Position numbers and translations under genes: made by a program. The notes beneath the pieces are model-generated. The model was not told where the DNA came from and made no database searches. It was given only the letters and a program-made list of their open reading frames with translations. Shown one piece after another: positions 59,601-64,000 of a DNA stretch of 64,000 bases. The DNA is from Macrostomum lignano (taxonomy: Eukaryota): positions 68,463 through 132,462 of the forward strand of contig NIVC01001987.1 in assembly GCA_002269645.1 (NCBI GenBank). The letters run 5' to 3'. The first letter of the stretch is position 1; the number at the start of each line of letters is the position of its first letter.

Positions 59601-61745
59601 ACTGCATTGTGTATGTCCCTCCAACCCACACGGTAGTATTGGGTGTCTGCTGGACTGTGCTAAATGAGGATTCGTTTACGCTCGAGATGTTGTTGAACGT
59701 AGTAGTCGGATCATAGTCGACTCCAACACGGGACACAAATAGCTTGTTTTCTTCGTACTTCACACTCGCGCCAATCCAGTACAGGCTGTCGTTGAAGAGA
59801 TTGCTTGTGTTCGTGATGTAATGAGGTGTTATGCTTGTCAAAATTTGGAATCGAATAGTATTCTTCTCTCGGCTCCATGGAAAGTCGAGCATGCCCACGT
59901 TGGAAACGTATTTTGATGGGAATCGAATGAGCACTCGATCAACAAATCCATCATCAGCAGTAGAAACATTTGTGACCGTCAAGGAGCTCGTGTTGATGTT
60001 GATAAAATTATCTCCCAGAGCAGGACCTTCACATCGCAAATGGACAAAACAGCGCGATTGTTATCCATGACAGTAATAAGCTCGATGTCCATGGGGCCAT
60101 AGTGGGTACCGATGGGCTGGTAGATGTCAAGCCAGAAAGCATGGGTTGTTCCATTATAGATGGTACTGACTGTCATGGCGTTCTTAAGAGTAATCTGCAG
60201 CTGCTTATTGATTGGGTAAGTCGGTTGCGTCGTGACGACAGTGAAGTTCTGAGACGAAACCCAGATGGCATTGCCATAGCGAACTCCAGCAACTACTTTC
60301 AGGCTGCCACCGGAAGTGATGAGCGAGTGGTTCAGAACAAGCCCAGAAATCTCGATTACAATGTCGTCGTCATAAAGGCCGCTGCGGATTCCGGTGTCAG
60401 TGATTGGACCCAAGTCGAAAATTATGTAGTCTTTGTTGGTGTCATTAGCCGAGCTAATTAGCGTCACGTTGTTGGTGTTGTAGTAGAAGCAAGGCATGTT
60501 TCTACCCACATGGAGGATACGAATGCGTTGAAACGTCATGAGGGCCTGCGAGTCGTTAAAAGGTAGGGCAACTTCTACCTTGTAGTTGGTGGTGCTGTTC
60601 CGTGGGAGCGTCATGTTCAAAAATACAGTTGCCGTGGACCCAATCATTACGTAGTCCATGTTCTGCGTAAGCTGCATTACGGGGTTTGCGGATGGCGTTG
60701 TCCAGTTGGCTGCTTCGGCAGAAACATTAACGCTGGCCGTCCAAATCTGGGCATAGTTGTGCTGCAAAGCGATGCCGAACTTGTAGGGCGTACCGACGGA
60801 GCTTCCGTTTAGCATCTTAGCCGCGATCTTGAACGTAACTGTGTTGTCCGCATCGGTTGTTGAGCCGGTTCTCATCGCTCCGTTGATCAGTTCTCCAGCG
60901 TCAAACGTGGCGATGGCGTTGCGGTACTCGCCTGAGGCAGCGTCGTATAGAACCCTTGACGGGAAGGTCAGGTTGCCGCTGGTCGGACCACAGCTGAATG
61001 ATCTACCACTGTCCTCGCCGATAGTTGCAAAGCAGACGGACATGATGTCGGTTGTGTTCAGTGGGGCAAAGATATCCATGATGATCTGGTTCAGCATGAC
61101 TCCCGTAGTAAATTTGGCGGTAAACACGCCCGTCTCGCCAATCATGAGACTTGATGGTCCCGTTAGGGTCAGGTTGGAGACAGTGGCGCTAGTGTTAGCG
61201 GTCACATTCTGCCAGGGGTAAGCTGCCTGTCCCACCCAGACCTTAGTTTGATTGGCGTAGCGAGCACCAAAGCTCACATAGTAGCTCGTGTTTAGGGCCA
61301 TGCGGGGTGAATTCAGGACAATTGCGCTGAACTCAAAAACAATCTTACTGTTAGCTCCGGAGGCCCCAGTATTGGTGATGTTGACAACGTTCAGAATGGC
61401 TCTCTCGCTGCGATAGTCGTTGCCCTTGGACTCCATGATCCACTGGCTGTTCAGGACGGTGGCGTTGATGCTGCCACTCAGACCGGAGCCGATGCTGATG
61501 ATCGTAGGGGAGCAGATAGAGAAAAGGGCGGACGTGTTGTCGCTAGCCGTGTAGATTTCGATGCGCAGCTCGCTGCTCGACGTGGCGTCCATCGTGCCGT
61601 TAACTCGGAAGCGAAGAACGTTGCCGAAAGTCACAGTGGTCGGGTGGTAGTCGAGTTTCTCAAACACCCAGGTAAAGTTGCCGAAGGTCTGACCAACCGC
61701 TGGGCCGGCCAAAATGGCCAGAGACAGTAACAGAACTGATAGCAT
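56642..61745 (-). CDS. Large secreted protein: signal peptide, ~8 beta-rich repeat modules, F5/8 type C (discoidin) domain, Asp-box region; segments 61745-~60021, ~60020-57430, 57322-56642; ~1665 aa if a 1-nt frameshift is corrected
   Basis: Signal peptide MLSVLLLSLAILAGPAVG. FA58C hallmarks CANPLGMESGAIADCQITSS, EFLEINLG, FQYSEEG..W, RYIRILP and SLRVEFYGC, split by a GT-AG intron (57429-57323). Asp-boxes SVDFGASW and SIDGGWSW. No TM segment seen. Confidence 0.8.
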
Positions 61746-64000
61746 GAGTGGCTTGAAAATTGGACTGTCGATGTGGGAGATTAAAGGCCTCGTCCCGGTC
61801 TAGTTGGGATTTTAAAATGCTTATCGGGATGAGGAGGGCGGGCGTGAGAACCCGCACGGACTGGGGTGGGGCGGCTGCAGGAAGGGTATGCAGGCAATCA
61901 ATCCAACAGCGCCATGGTAACATAACAACAAATCGGAGAAGAGGGGTTGTGAGGTGAGGCAGTAAAGTTTCATGCGGGCTGTGGGTGGAAAGCAGAGGGA
62001 CAGACTTGGGAACAAGAGAAAACGTAGGATAGATTCTGTACTCAGCATCTCTGAATCCATCTAGCGCTCATGATAGAATGGGCAAAAGCCTATGCATTTA
62101 TCGCATCAGGCAACCCCTCTTCCATCAGATGCCTGTCGCAGCAGGTAGGGGTTGGAAATATCTGTTTGCAGCGGGAGGCCTCGGGCATGATGGAAGCCTG
62201 GATAGAAGGAAGAGGCAGTTTGAGAAGGGATATTAAAATCAGGCTAGGTTACGGGTCCACGGATCAACCAGCCATCTCGTCTCCAAGTCAACGCTCGCGT
62301 AGAACAATTGAGCTAAGCAGCCCCCTATCCACTCCCTCAGATCAGCAAGCAGCAACAGTTTCACAAACTGCATCAATCTGCAGGCAGCCATGGCAGCATC
62401 TCTCAGAGTATGGCGCAAAACAAAAAAAAATAGTCAAAGGCTTGGAGACAGACAGCTGTTAGGCAAATGAGATGGCTTGCCGTTGAATAAGCTGCACCCT
62501 GTTTGCACCCATTATTCGCGCGCGATGATCTGTGGCAGTCGCGCAATTTACTTGACGTGAAGCAAATTTAAGCACTTGAAACGCTCTCAGCTTTTTCAAA
62601 TCTCAAGACTGCAGTTCAGCAACCATTTTAAGAGGCTTTAAGCTTATTTGTCATGCTCTAGGCAGAAATTTCTCTCGAGACTTGTTTTTTGTATCTAGAT
62701 ACTAGAAAGGCAATTATAAGCTACTTGCTTATGATTTTTCCTTAATCAATAGAGAACATCATAATATAGGCCTCTCTCTAGCCTCTTACTAATGCACGCA
62801 TATCAGTTCGGCTACGATGGATTATCCTCAAGATAATGATCGCCTCTTGCAAGCAGCTGCAAATATCAGTTTATAAGGCTTATATATATTTAGATGTGAA
62901 CTAAATATATTCTAATAGAAGAACATGTACTTGAACATGTTATATGCTGCATGTGCTTAATTATATTGTAAGTCAAAACAGCTAGTTTTTTCAGGTAATA
63001 GGCTTTTAAATTGTTTTTTAAATGCCCATTTAAATCCCATGTAGTACAGTGCCAGCTTAAATTGTTGGCCAATTGAAGTACTAAAATGAGTCTGAGCTCA
63101 GAAACTAAAAGCTCGGGACTAATCGATTACTCTTCAGGCTTCTATCAACGATAAATTATACCAGCCACCTATAAATAAAAAGTAAATCTTTTTTAGACAT
63201 CATATATACAATGGTTATTTCCTAGAAGTGAAATGTCCGGTACCATATTATATATTTCTAAATTCTTGTTGTATTTCTTAGGACGTGCAACAAAAGAAAT
63301 TTAACGGGTTTTAATGAGCCCCTTACAAATGCGTAAAAACAAAGGTGTAAAAATATGCAAGTTTTAGACTTAGCTGAAAGCATATTTATACCTATTTTTT
63401 TACTTTTGTTTTCGTAAAAATGCATTATTATCTGTTTAAAATTAGGAGATTCGATTTTTATTATCGTATTAGAGTTTTTTTCTGTTGCTTAAATTAATTA
63501 TAAATTAATATTTCAATTACCGTGTACTAGAGCAAGAGGACTTCAAATGCCTAGAAAAAGTCACTTGTATTAAAGCGGAAGAGGTATAGCTAGAAGACAA
63601 GACATTTTAAGACTAAGGCTGATGTTCTTATTGACTCATTTTCGTACATTTATGCCTTCTGTCACTGTGTAGACTGTAGTTCTAGTTCTAGTTTTTTGTT
63701 TATGACTTTTCCTCCTAATATTGGTATGAAAACATTGTCATGAATGCATATGACTTGCCTGTAGGTCGCTTAATATCAGCACTAATTGCAAGTAGATTTT
63801 GTTGATGAATGCGTTTGGCTAGTTATGTTGCTGCACTTTTATCTAAAACTGTAAAAGCATTTATGTAAGGTTATTACTTATAAATATTAGTAGAATTATT
63901 TTAATGTAGTGGACAAGAATTTTATATCTCCATCAGTATTTAATTGCAAATTTTATTTGACCACATAGATCATATGGAAGTATAAGAATGCTTAATTTTT

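Overview
Eukaryotic (metazoan) genomic DNA with GT-AG introns, GC3-rich exons and minisatellite-filled introns. The style resembles the flatworm Macrostomum lignano, but that is an impression, not a verified assignment. I assembled spliced gene models by hand from splice sites and reading frame. They are: a divergent arrestin (+, 2330-4667, 390 aa); a miRNA-class Argonaute with an intact DEDH tetrad (-, 13481-7128, 918 aa); TIM50 (+, ~29660-32087); glycogen debranching enzyme AGL (+, 34935-45705, 11 exons, 1472 aa); four intronless FkbM-family methyltransferases with N-terminal membrane anchors (three tandem on -, one inverted on +, 46920-54470); and a ~1665-aa secreted protein with repeated beta-rich modules, an F5/8C domain and Asp-box motifs (-, 61745-56642, one frameshift). 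The region 14-29 kb is repeat-rich: a 5'-truncated RTE-like LINE inside a purine satellite, tRNA-derived SINE-like heads, a Helitron-like end, interstitial (TTAGGG)n, a decayed mariner and several MITE/foldback relics. The most interesting signal is the methyltransferase cluster. Its copies share a near-identical catalytic core but shuffle three N-termini and two C-termini, one copy is a crossover chimera, and their topology makes them candidate Golgi-lumenal (glycan) O-methyltransferases. Most long ORFs in the supplied track are artefacts of tandem repeats.
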